20,473 bases of DNA from assembly GCF_006345805.1 (NCBI RefSeq), contig NW_021824001.1:1-20473 (forward strand). The letters are read 5' to 3'. Of the stretch, positions 9,714 to 20,124 are shown piece by piece; the first letter of the stretch is position 1; each line of letters starts with the position of its first letter. Source of the stretch: Octopus sinensis (taxonomy: Eukaryota). A model generated the notes under the pieces. It searched no databases, was not told the DNA's origin, and saw only the letters and a program-made list of their open reading frames with translations. The translations under genes and the position numbers were made by a program.

Positions 9714-11275
9714 TTCATTCATAAACACAGTTAATATAAGGCAACCGATATAGTATAGTCGTTGATGAAATATGGTTACAGCACTTCGCGATAGACAACG
9801 TTCTTTGTTCTTCCAGATGGAGCCAAAGCAAAGAGGTTGGTCTGACTACCGACTCGGGAACATCCAACGTATAATTGTCCACGTGAGAAACATGGCTCCT
9901 GCAAGTGAAGCCCTGCCACGGATAATGTCTGGTCCTGTGAATTGTTTATGGACATGGCAAATGCAACACGTAGGGGAAACTGTGTCCTTCTGAAAAGGTA
10001 GAGTGCATCAGCTCCTGATGTCGTAAGAGTAATCTTAGTTATTAAAACGTCCTCTCCATTTCCACAACCGGAAAGAATTTTAGCAAAAATAATGTTATCT
10101 GTTATTTTAGTTATTACAAGCCTTGTTCCGTTACAAAGCTTAGGTGGAGCGATATTTCTCAGAAGAATAACGGGACATCCTTCTTTGAGGGACAGTTGAT
10201 GTTGAGGTAGCCCGGGAATATCAAGATCATTTTGATATTCAATTGTAAATTGACCGTCATCAAGCCGGTCTACATTTGAATTAATTGACGTAAAAGTTCT
10301 GATATTTCCAGGAAGGCTTTCGAGTAGCTGTTCATTTATACTGGAAACAACAGCGTTTGTAGGAGCTAATATAGCCCTTTTACATAGCCAATTTGTGATT
10401 TCAGCAATTCTGTTGTATGTTTGGAAAAACGGATGCCTTTAGATCCTCTACATTTTCAACCAGACGGCATAAATTATTAAACTGTATGCCGCCCGCCATT
10501 CTCAGCTGAAGGTAGTCTGCCATCACCAATAAGAAGAAGGTCTTCAGCAAATTGTTCTGACACGGTGTTTGCATGCAACCGAACGCGCATATTGGTTCTA
10601 AGATGAAGTGTTGTTACCTGACGCCATAAAGGAGAAGACTTAAGACATGCGCGGACTTAATCCGCTCTTGTGCCCTTCGGAATTACATGCAAAATTTGCC
10701 GAAAGTCCCCTGAAAGTACAAGAGTTACTGCCCCACCCCATAGTCTCTTGACTATCTCCGATGTCCCTCGGAGTTCTATCCAAAGCCTCGATGGCTCCTT
10801 TATGGGCCAGGGTGAATTCATCCCACACTATTAGCTGGCACCGTCGGAGTAGTTCCGCTCTGTGACTATTCTTTGTGGTGTTACAGAATGGTGTTTCAGC
10901 AGATGCTAAGTTGAGAGGTAGCCTCAAGGTTGAGTCTGCCGTTCTGCCACCAGGAAGAAGTATAGCCGCAATGCCTGATGATGCAACAGCTATTGCGATA
11001 GATTTGGTTTGCCTAACTTTTGCGAGAAGAAGTGTAGTAACAAGAGTTTTTCTAGTGCCTCCAGAGGCATCAAGAAAGAAGATACCACCTCTTCGATGAA
11101 GAACACTATTTTTGATTATGTTGTAGGCGTGAAGCTGGTCTGGAAGTTGTTGTGGCTCCTTTTCAGCAATGTATGTAGATAGAGCGTCGATATAGTAAGA
11201 TGATTCTTGGATAACAAGAATAGGTATTTCGTTAGATTCAGTACGGTGGGTTTTAGGCAAGCCATATGCTGACAA

Positions 11276-11506
11276 GGCGGCGAGCTGGCAGAAACGTTAG
11301 CACGCCGGGCGAAATGCTCAGCAGTATTTCGTCTCTCGCTACGTTCTGAGTTCAAATTCCGCCGAGGTCGACTTTGCCTTTCATCCTTTCAGGGTCGATA
11401 AATAAAGTACCAGTTACGCATTGGGGTCGATGTAATCTACTTAATCCCTTTTTCTGTCCTTGTTTGTCCCCTCTATGTTTAGCCCCTTGTGGGCAATAAA
11501 GAAATA
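11276..11506 (+). mobile_element. SINE family B, full length, inserted in RepHel
   Basis: GGCGGCGAGCTGGCAGAAACGTTAGC head; B-box-like GAGTTCAAATTCC; 13-bp TSD catatgctgacaa (11263-11275) / catatgttgacaa (11507-11519). Confidence 0.95.
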
Positions 11507-12581
11507 CATATGTTGACAAAGCAGACCCACCCATGAGATGAATCCGATCCTCTAAGCGCTTTATTATATAAATCCTCAGTACAATCAACCTCTATGTCAC
11601 GGAGTTGCTGTTGAGCCTGGTGCAGGTAGTCCTCGGTCAATTTATTTCGGAACCTCAGCCATAATGCGAGTGGATCGCTAACGTTGCATAAACGAAGAAT
11701 CTTAGCGAAAACATCCCGTAAGATTCCTGCTGAGTGTGGTGAAACGATCTCCGCTAAAGTTGCATCCCAGCAGGAGTCATCTTCAAGCATACCACGAGCC
11801 AAACAGGCCTCTCTGTAGGATGACCATACGCAGTTATCATATGTTCTGAGATCTTGAAAACATGTTGGCCCTCTTACTTCATGTAAGAGCATTACTAAGT
11901 AGAAACACTTATGTTGAGTAGGAGGAACTGTAAAAACTCGTCCCAAGCAATTAGAAAATGTGATGCCCGGAAATCTATCTATTAGCTGTCCTTGATTTCT
12001 ACGGGTCCATGCGTTTCTGTTCTTTATGTAGTATGCTGGTACTTGTGGATAAAATAACGTTTTGGCAAAATCGTCGGTTTCGCAAAGTTTAAAGAATGCT
12101 GCTAAAGTCGTTTCACGAGGTGTCTGTGCCAACTCAGTAGCATTTTCGTTGGTGTAGACTATTCATTGATCATAGTCTAAGTGAATATCTAAATGTTGTA
12201 TCGGAGGATACCTATCATGAATGGGGAAACCGAATATCCTCCAAAATTCCTCATTGCTGCTGATGTAGTGACCAAGTACTGTTTTACCTCATCTCTACTT
12301 TTACCTTTTTTTTAGTCCAAACGAAAAGGCATAGGGACCCTTGTTGATGTATTTACATATGTATTTTATGCATTTCACGGAACTACAAAATTCAACATTA
12401 ATGTGGGCATCGAAAGTACTTAGCAAGAATTTATTGTAGGGAATCACCCATCTGTTATCTACTTTGTGATTCTTAGCTACAGCCGTAAAACCTCCTTCTC
12501 TTGGTCGCTTACGCATATACAGAGAGGATAACCGTCACGGTCAGTCTGCGTTTCGCAAACGAATTGACGAGGATAATGTTT

Positions 12582-12810
12582 ACTCTTTACTCTTTTACTC
12601 TTTTACTTGTTTCAGTCATTTGACTGCGGCCATGTTGGAGCACCGCGTTTAGTCGAGCAACTCGACCCCGGGACTTATTCTTTTGTAAGCCCAGTACTTA
12701 TTCTATCGGTACATTTTGCCGAACCGCTAAGTAACGGGGACGTAAACACACCAGCATCGGTTGTCAAGCAATGCTAGGGGGACAAACACAGACACACAAA
12801 CACACACACG

Positions 12811-12842
<32 letters not shown>

Positions 12843-13001
12843 TACGACGGGCTTCTTTCAGTTTCCGTCTACCAAATCCACTCACAAGGTTTGGTCGGCC
12901 CGAGGTTATAGTAGAAGATACTTGCCCAAGGTGCCATACGGTGGGACTTGAACCCGGAACCATGTGGTTGGTAAACAAGCTACTTACCACACAGCCACTC
13001 C
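12582..13001 (-). mobile_element. SINE family A, near full length, inserted in RepHel
   Basis: Reverse complement of family A; 5-bp TSD tgttt (12577-12581 / 13002-13006). Removing it restores ...C-D-K-H-Y-P-R-Q-F. Confidence 0.93.
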
Positions 13002-13456
13002 TGTTTGTCGCAGTTTTTTTTTGTCTTTAACGCATGGTAGTTGTTTGTTAAATTCCTTACACGAAACGGTTTTGGTAGAGGAATTCCAATGTGGAATACC
13101 GATATGGTAGATGCGGTAGAAGCAGCGTCTCTGCTCAGACGCAGCTCAAGTTGAGCATCGTTCTCTGTAGCTCTGGCAAATGCCATACAGACAGCGTTTC
13201 GACTCACATTAGTTATCTCCCTTGCAACCTGTTAAAGCTCAAGTTTCGAACTGCACTGCTTTTTAATGTAAATAATTTTTGGTGTTAACATGGTCCGATT
13301 TGAAATTCTTTTCTTCTACGGAAAGAAGAGAAAGCCTTCCATCATACTCTCAATTTTGGTCAACTTGCGCCGCAGGGTCTCGGAGGAGATAGTGTTAGTT
13401 GAAGGCTACCAAACCTGCCATACACAGACAACTTCACCTTTATATATATATATATA

Positions 13457-13849
13457 CTAACAGTATCGCCCAGCGTTGCTCGGGTTTGTAAGGGAAATAA
13501 CTATAAAGCATTTTTAGAGAGTTATAGCGAAAAAATAGCAAAAAATGCATTAAAAATGGAAAAAAAATTATGGTAAATTTTTTTTAAAAATCGTTGACTC
13601 ATCGTAGACATTTTTAGAGAGTTACTTCCCTTTATTTAAAAAATATGCGTTAAAATGGAAAAAAATGATGGTAAATTATTTTTTAAATCGTAGACTCATC
13701 GTAGACGCGCGCTAATACTCAGAAGGGCTCGATATGAATCACGACTATAAGATACCCGAATTTGGTTAAACTGCACCGCAAAATGTGGGAGTAGTTAGGA
13801 ATCTAAATCGGAGTAGACAGACACACAACATTTCTTTTATATATAAAGA
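13457..13849 (-). mobile_element. Non-autonomous Helitron H3 with two internal ~100-bp tandem units
   Basis: Minus strand: 5' A|TCTTTATATATAAAAG; 3' CCCGAGCAACGCTGGGCGATACTGTTAG|T, nearly identical to the H1 3' end. Units at 13510-13609 and 13610-13706. Confidence 0.88.
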
Positions 13850-13926
13850 TATACATATATATATATATATAATATATATATAGATAGATAGATAGATATA
13901 TATATATATATATAATATATATATAT

Positions 13927-13995
<69 letters not shown>

Positions 13996-14018
13996 TAGAT
14001 AGATAGATAGATAGATAG

Positions 14019-14051
<33 letters not shown>

Positions 14052-14052
14052 T
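13850..14052. repeat. Compound (TA)n/(AGAT)n microsatellite
   Basis: Read directly. Confidence 0.97.
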
Positions 14053-14061
14053 ACATACACA

Positions 14062-14283
14062 CACGAGGGAGTGCCAATAAGTTCAAAGTTTTACGTGTAT
14101 CGAGAAAAGGCTTGGTTGAGACCCAATCTTCCGAGTTCTTTTACAGGGCTTAGAAAACACTGACGGACCACTGCAATAAGTGTGGGAATGTGAGAGGGGA
14201 ATATGTTCAATAAAATCATAATTAACTGATCCTTCCGTATTATCTTTTATCCAAAACTAGGAACTTTTCAACACCCACTCGTG
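14062..14283 (+). mobile_element. Old mariner-derived MITE
   Basis: Degenerate TIRs cacgagggagtgccaataagttc / gaacttttcaacacccactcgtg; TA after the right end; the internal remnant ...DHCNKCGNVRGEYVQ* resembles a mariner transposase C-terminus. Confidence 0.7.
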
Positions 14284-14799
14284 TATGTGTGCGCCCGTGC
14301 GTGTGTGTTGCGTGCGCGTCTGTGTGAGTGTATCATTGCATATATCTTGCCTCTTTTCTAGTGAAAGTTATATTTTTTTCTTTTCGTTCAATCAGATAAA
14401 TATATTAAATATGATTCGTATATGTAAAAGCTTAATTCTTTTTTAAGTCCGAATCTCAGTAGGCCTGTAGAGCTGACATTTTTAAAAGACAAAAACGAAA
14501 AAGAAAAAGCGTATATTTTATCGACTAGCACCCTCCCCAAAATTTCAGGCGGTGTTCTCATACTAGAAAGGATTATTATTATTATTATTATTATTATCAT
14601 TTTTATTATTATCATTGCTCTGGTTTAAATCGGAGGTTAAAATTGGCTAAAATCGATCCGGTGGGTGAGGTGCTTACAAACATGCCCATCATTTCCAAAA
14701 CAGTAATGAAAAAGAGGTTGGAAAATCCGTCAAAAATGGAGAAAACCGAACTTATGTAGGCGTCTTGATCCGAAACTCCAATAAAATGATATCTGTGGG

Positions 14800-15835
14800 A
14801 GCGAAAAGCAACCTGTTGTCAAAGATCTCACAGAGTCTCTAGTCTCGTCCTACGAATCTGGCATTAGAAATATCGACAGGCACTCACTGTTCTATACCAG
14901 TCGGGAAATAACGGTCGATGAAATTTCTATGGTAGCCATATTTAGGGATCTAGTGATGAGTAAGAATAATGGCCTTCGAGGGAAATCTCTAGGCGTCGAC
15001 AAGGATGAACTATCTGGTCTGTTTCGGAGGGCTTTCAGGCCTGGTACTACCACGGATAACTTCCAGAAATCCATGGCTTGGCATTTCTACTGAGGAGCAC
15101 TGTCTGTTTGAGATAAACTCTACAAGAACGGAAACGCTGTCTGGCGAGACAGTCCGAGATGCGCGCTCAATGACGAAAACATTTTTGCATGCACCCGTGC
15201 AGTGAACGAGTATTGTTGACTTGAGAAGTTAAGTCAGACGACTGTTATCATGTATAGAGCGAATTCGACTGCTAACCGAATCCATCGTGTGGATCTCTCC
15301 ATAACCAACTTTTAGCAAAGCAGAACAGGTGATACTTTTCTGTTTCGTGGCTATGGCAAAGAGGTTGTATGGTAAACAAAGCTGACAGGATTGAGAAAAG
15401 GCACCTTCCTCTTCGGTCAAAGTCACATCGACATTTTAAAGTTCCAGTTAGAAGTGAAAGTAGGGGTCGGGAAGGGAAGTGCTTTCTCCTTGTGAACTTA
15501 TGAAAACAAAAATGGTTAGAGTGAATGGTCCTACTCAATGTATTCGCCCGTAGATTGGAGAGCATGTGAGAGGGTTCGTGCCTTTGTCGGTCAGGGTAAT
15601 CCTGGATCTGGTGGGGTTCCTTGATTGGCCCTATTTAAAGTACATCCTGTATCAAAAGGACTGAATCATTCATATTATCACACGCTTTGTATTCTCTTTA
15701 TACTTTTATAGCTTTTCACCGATCTTTTCCGTTTCTTTCTCCTCATCCTTTATGTAAATCCCTACACAAATTGTTTATCATCTTTGTGATGTCCCACCTC
15801 ATATGTGCCCCTGTGGCTAAATAAAAGAAATTATT
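14800..15835 (+). mobile_element. Decayed 3' portion of a Tx1/L1-clade LINE (post-RT region, degenerate CCHC finger, 3' UTR)
   Basis: Frameshifted translation LGVDKDELSGLFRRAFRPG..DNFQKSMAW...DKLYKNG....PRCA..; homologous to 17480-17830; ends ...ctaaataaaagaaatt. Confidence 0.75.
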
Positions 15836-15960
15836 ATCACTGTTGGTCTTGTTGTTATTGTTGTTATTGTTGCTGTTGCTGTTATTATTGAGTGAGAGAG
15901 CAGTGCATGCCATCAAAGTGACACTGGGGTAAAATATACAAGTCATGATGGGTATACTGG

Positions 15961-15995
15961 GCAGCAGCAGCAGTACCAGTAACAGCAGCAGCAGC

Positions 15996-16037
<42 letters not shown>
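15961..16037. repeat. (GCA)n/(GTA)n microsatellite (with a (TTG)n tract at about 15850-15890 upstream)
   Basis: Read directly; explains the poly-L ORF 15743..16048. Confidence 0.95.
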
Positions 16038-16038
<1 letters not shown>

Positions 16039-16329
16039 ACTTTGACATCAGTATTGTGTTTATTAAATAGTGGTGTTTATCAAACAGTGATATGGCTGCA
16101 GTTTCTGCTTCCTGTTACGATTCCATGTGTATATAAACCAAAAGTTAGCGGACTTGGCCAGCATAATCTGTTTGTTGAAAAGGATAAGTTTAGATGTCAC
16201 AAATTATGAAGGGAGAGAACTCATACGCAAAACGTAAGACATAGGAACGGACTTCTATTAGCAAACGCAGAATTCTTGGCAAGGATGTTCTTTCTGCTAG
16301 GTATAGCAGTCAAATATCCCTAACTCGAC

Positions 16330-16330
<1 letters not shown>

Positions 16331-16389
<59 letters not shown>
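16331..16389. repeat. (TTA)n microsatellite
   Basis: Read directly. Confidence 0.97.
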
Positions 16390-16689
16390 GCCGTCAGCCT
16401 GTGAAGTCATATAAGTTGTAGCTCCGTAATTTGTGTTTAATCAAGCATTTCGGATGGTTGCAGTCCGTTCATTCAAAATTTTATTTAATAAGTGTTTTGC
16501 TTGCATTGTCTGGATCGTGGTGGTAACATACTGTATAATTGCACCCCCTTTTTAGGGGTCTAATAATTGCTTCGCATTTTTTTTTTTTTTTGCATTTTTG
16601 TGAAAACAATATTTTATTCATTTTTTTCCCATTTAAAAAAAAATGTCGGATTACGAAAAAATAATAATAATCGACCGAGAGCAGCTTTC

Positions 16690-17830
16690 TGTTGACTCAG
16701 TTGTAGCTACGACCACAAATGCAGCCGAAATAAATAGAGAACGGCCTGAATAGAAGGCCATAAGACATGGCAGTAAACAACAAAATCCGTCACAAAACCA
16801 ATTGGAAATGCGGACCTTGTCGGGTGCGTGCTATACGGTTCCGAGCAGATGTGTACGGCTTTCCAGCGGCACTCCGTGCAACTGTCTAGGGAGGACGATG
16901 GGTTGATGACCGCAGCGAACTTTAGTTCGTACCTGGACGGCCTTCCGCGGTTCTCGACAGCGGATGCGAGGTTCTGCGAAAAGCTGATAACGGCCACTGA
17001 AATACAGGAAGCGATAAGCGATTGCACAAGTCGAAGAATTCCTAGTGCTTTTAGCCGGATAGTGGTGACACTGTTGAAGAAGGATGCCGATAATAGGGAT
17101 GTATTAGGGAATTTTCAGCCCATAACTCTGCTAAACACGAAGTTTAAGATTTTGGCCACGGTGTTAGCCATGTTCCAGTTACTGCTAGATCAGGTTGGCA
17201 CGTCTCTTGTTTATTTTCTTGCGGAAGGGACGCGTTCCGATTGTCAGGTGGTTAGTTTATTCCCAGCTCCCTCTGCGTGATTTTTGATGCGCAAACACGT
17301 CTCAGGTTGTACAGTCTGCAACGATTTCTTGTCGGTGAACATTTGTGGGCTTCGTTTGTGAGTCACGTCTTTCCGCAGCACGTCTCCTTGTTGGAACTGG
17401 GTGAAGGGTAGACGGAGGCTTAGAGCCGGGCACATAGAATGGGATCGGTGGACGTTCCACTTTAACTATATACAAAGAATTAATAGTGGGCAAGTCAGAC
17501 GACATTCTCAGGGTGACTCTGGGCGTCGACGAAAACCAACAGGCTATTCTGTTCCAGAGGACGTTCCGGTCAGGGACTGTCACGGATAATTTCCAAATAT
17601 CTTTGGCCTGGCAGTACCACCATGGTGGGGAAGAGGAGTACTACAGATTCTAGATAAACTTTACAGGCACGGATCTGTTGTCGGACGGGCTTGTCCAAGG
17701 TGCGCGCAGAGCCATGAAACCGTTCGGTGTCCAGGCATTGCTGACTTGCGGAGTTACGTCGCGTGTGAGACGGACTCGTTTGTCGGTTGAATCCATAGTG
17801 ATGATTGCCTCGCTGCCCTTCCTTTAATCG
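16690..17830 (+). mobile_element. Internally deleted Tx1/L1-clade LINE ORF2 remnant (EN-RT linker and RT start, then post-RT and CxxC region)
   Basis: ORF 16828..: EQMCTAFQRH...YLDGLPRFS...CEKLIT..EIQEAI...VTLLKKD...NFQPITLLNTKFKILA.VLA (RT domain 1 region); later DKLYRHGS..GRACPRCAQSHETV. Confidence 0.85.
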
Positions 17831-17843
17831 GGCAGCCAAGACA

Positions 17844-18027
17844 GGAAGGGGTGCGTTCCAATGGTCAGGCAGTCAGTCTGCTGCCTGCTCCCCTCCGTGT
17901 GGAGGCTTAGGCATACCGTGGCTTTTGATGCGCAGACACACTCTCAGGTTGTGTCACTTGCAACGATGTCTAGACGGTGTGAACATCAGTGGGCTGCCTT
18001 TGTGAGGCACGTCTTTCCATCACTCCC
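17844..18027 (+). mobile_element. Second Tx1-like fragment, repeating the segment at about 17223-17376
   Basis: KGCVPMVRQSVCC...GGLGIPWLLMRRHTLRLCHLQR...WAAFVRHVFP; visibly homologous to 17223-17376 (roughly 75-80% by eye). Confidence 0.8.
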
Positions 18028-18342
18028 ACTGTATTTTACCCTGGGCAAGTGTCTTCTACTATTGCTTCGGGCTGATCAAAGCCTTGTGAGTGGATCTGGT
18101 AGACGGAAACTGAAAGAAATCCATTGTGTTTTTTTTTTTGGGGGGGGGGGGGGTTCCCACCACCGCTTGATAACCGGTGCTGGTGTGTTTAAATTCTCGT
18201 AACTTAGAAGTTGGCAAAAGAGACCGATAGAATAAGTACCACACTTATAAAAAGAAAATTAGTCTTGAGTGGATCAGTTCGATTTAAATTCCTCAAAGCG
18301 GGACATCAGGAAGGTTGTAGTCTAGTCTAATGACCGAAACAG
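18024..18342 (+). mobile_element. SINE family A, 5'-truncated and decayed
   Basis: tcccactg...ctgggcaagtgtcttctactat...aaagccttgtgagtggat...gatagaataagtac; joined to the Tx1 fragment through tccc microhomology. Confidence 0.85.
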
Positions 18343-19019
18343 ACATGGAAAAAAGAAAACGGAAAGAAAGAAAAAGATCTAATGTGCAATAATGTAAATC
18401 AAGCTATAGAAGCCATAGTAACCAGTAAAAGGAGATATTATTACTGCCAGTAACAAAGGTTTTCTCCCTTACAATGAAAGAAAAATGGTGTATGATCTAC
18501 AACTTCAAGGGCGATTACTTTATGCTAGTTTTTAATTTCTTTACGTTGCAAAACGCGTGGCTTCCAAACTTGTGTGATCTATGCGCTTAATTTATTTATC
18601 ATATCATTTATTCTTGGTTTACGAAGAAACATGGTTTTATTATTATCAAAATAATAAGAATTTTGAAAAAATTCATTCACAGTACTAAACGTGCAAAAGA
18701 ATTTATTGTAAAAAAAATATTTAGCCAACATCTTAAAAGTAAACTAAAAAGGAATCTAAAGTTATCACCCTTTACGTTGTAGATCACACACCAAAGCAGC
18801 ACCGAAGAATGTGTTGCAAGTTCAATGCTAAATGCTAGTAAAAGATGGGGTTTAAATGCATAAGATTTGAAAAGATGAGAAAAGAATAATACGTGCATGT
18901 TTCGTTGAATGTATAACATTAGAGTACATGTACAACGGTGTGTACAAATGACCTGAGAGAAAATAGGATATACAGTCGGGGTCAAAAGTTTGGAATATAT
19001 TTTTAATAATATATTATTA

Positions 19020-19123
19020 TTTGATGCGCAGACACACTCTCAGGTTGTGTCACTTGCAACGATGTCTAGACGGTGTGAACATCAGTGGGCTGCCTTTGTG
19101 AGGCACGTCTTTCCATCACTCCC
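19020..19123 (+). repeat. Exact 104-bp direct copy of 17924-18027 (Tx1-derived sequence)
   Basis: Base-by-base comparison shows identity from tttgatgcgcag to catcactccc. Confidence 0.95.
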
Positions 19124-19466
19124 GCCGCCGTAGTGATCTCATTCTCGCCCACAACATCATAATCGGAAAGTGTTCTTCACTCCTGCTCAGAGCGTCGGCT
19201 GCGGGGTCATTCCGAAAAGCTCTACCTGCGACGATTTCATCTCAATCGAAGGAGAGGAGCTTTCTCCGTCCGGTTGCGGATCCGTGGAACAAGCTGCCAG
19301 ACGAGATGGTGAAGATGCCGACGACCGCTTTGTTCAAGCCTCCCTGGACCTCAAGTGGCCTGAACTCTTACATGAACACCACCCTGTACTTAACTCCATG
19401 TCCCCCTACATGGCCTTGCTATTTGCTTTTGAGCCAATTAACTAACTAACTAACTAACTAACTAAT
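19124..19466 (+). mobile_element. 5'-truncated CR1/L2-group LINE 3' end with (AACT)n tail
   Basis: Frameshifted translation RRRSDLILAHNII...RRLRGHSEKLYLRRFHLNRRRGAFS...PWNKLPDEMVKMPTTALF.ASLDLKWPEL; short 3' UTR; tandem aact tail. Confidence 0.85.
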
Positions 19467-20124
19467 TAAAATTGTTATGCCCAAGTACAATTCGATCCAA
19501 ATATATACAACATAGAGATATACTTACCTAATAACTGATCCAATGGGTGATTATCTAGAAGAAAAATTAACCAAAATCCAAAATATAGTTCTAGACCAAA
19601 TTGCTTGTTTTTAGTAAATAGAAGCTAGGACATCACGTATACGAAAATATGTTCCAAACGTTTGACCACGACTGTAAGTGGATTTAGATGAAGTGTGCAA
19701 AAGAGAAAATTGCGCTGGCATGGGTATGTGATGCATAGAGACGATGGCAGCTGTATAAAAGAGTGCTGAGTTCCCAATCTAGCATGACCACGCCAATCAC
19801 ACAACCGGTGTACTAACATTCTATCTGAAAGGAAATTTTTTTATAAGGAGGCAACTCATGTAGTAAAACAAAAAAGCAACAAAATCAGAAAAAGTTAGTG
19901 ATACTGTAACAGAAAAATTACCTGCATAAATTTGGATTGGAAATGGACCGGCTTTCTGAATTTTTCCGGTTTTCTGGAGACAGTCTACATATATATCTAA
20001 AATATAAAATAAACTATGAGAAGTTAAGCGCTAAATTGTATTTTACATATTCAAATTAATACATTTCTAAGGCAGGTTCTGACATTAATCAGCTAAAAAT
20101 TCTTAAAATAAATTACGAAATACC

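Larger units (their letters stand above)
9776..13207 (-). pseudogene. Helitron RepHel (Rep nuclease C-terminal part + PIF1-family SF1B helicase) pseudogene with frameshifts, stops, two SINE insertions and a large Rep deletion
   Basis: Motifs: KHYPRQF..ETQT..DGYPL; [10 protein letters not shown]...[22 protein letters not shown] (Rep two-Tyr motif); FFLDASGGTRKT (degenerate Walker A); VASSGIAA.LLPGGRTA; IVWDE; LCNGTRL; QFPLRVAFAMSIN.SQ.QT; CFSRGQLYVGCSRVG; ends KNVVYREVL* at 9776-9778. Confidence 0.95.
9714..13456 (-). mobile_element. Helitron H2, decayed autonomous-type element with Rep/helicase remnant; own 3' terminus not seen
   Basis: The 5' end (about 13270-13456) is homologous to the H1 5' end, with 79 bp identical (9583-9661 = 13341-13419). 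RepHel remnants span 9776-13207. Confidence 0.88.
18973..19674. mobile_element. Tc1-like MITE (about 250 bp without its insertion)
   Basis: 30-bp TIRs 18973-19002 and 19645-19674 match at 27/30, start CAGT; TA TSD at 18971-18972 and 19675-19676. Confidence 0.88.
18810..19790 (+). mobile_element. Old RTE-clade LINE fragment split by the Tc1-like element (pieces about 18810-18972 and 19675-19790)
   Basis: Joined translation MLNASKRWGLNA*DLKR*EKNNTCMFR*MYN...LREKIG(ISG)FR*SVQKRKLRWHGYVM matches the recalled RTE post-RT motif (MLhGSEtW.l...d..rLer....MlRwm...L.W.GHV.R). Confidence 0.7.

Noticed and set aside
10640-11275. Host PIF1 helicase gene
   Set aside because: It lies within Helitron ends next to Rep motifs, has a degenerate Walker A, frameshifts and SINE insertions; it is a transposon pseudogene.
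11276-11360. tRNA gene (A/B boxes)
   Set aside because: The boxes belong to a SINE head followed by SINE body, tail and TSD; no cloverleaf is evident. The same applies to family A heads.
13510-13706. CRISPR-like repeat-spacer array
   Set aside because: These are two adjacent ~100-bp tandem units without unique spacers, in a eukaryotic Helitron; no CRISPR or cas features occur anywhere in the window.
19519-19530. Strong minus-strand splice donor (AG|GTAAGTA) with an apparent acceptor near 19672
   Set aside because: The interval is the interior and TIR of the Tc1-like MITE; the apparent acceptor is the TA-CAG TIR end, and no coding support was found.
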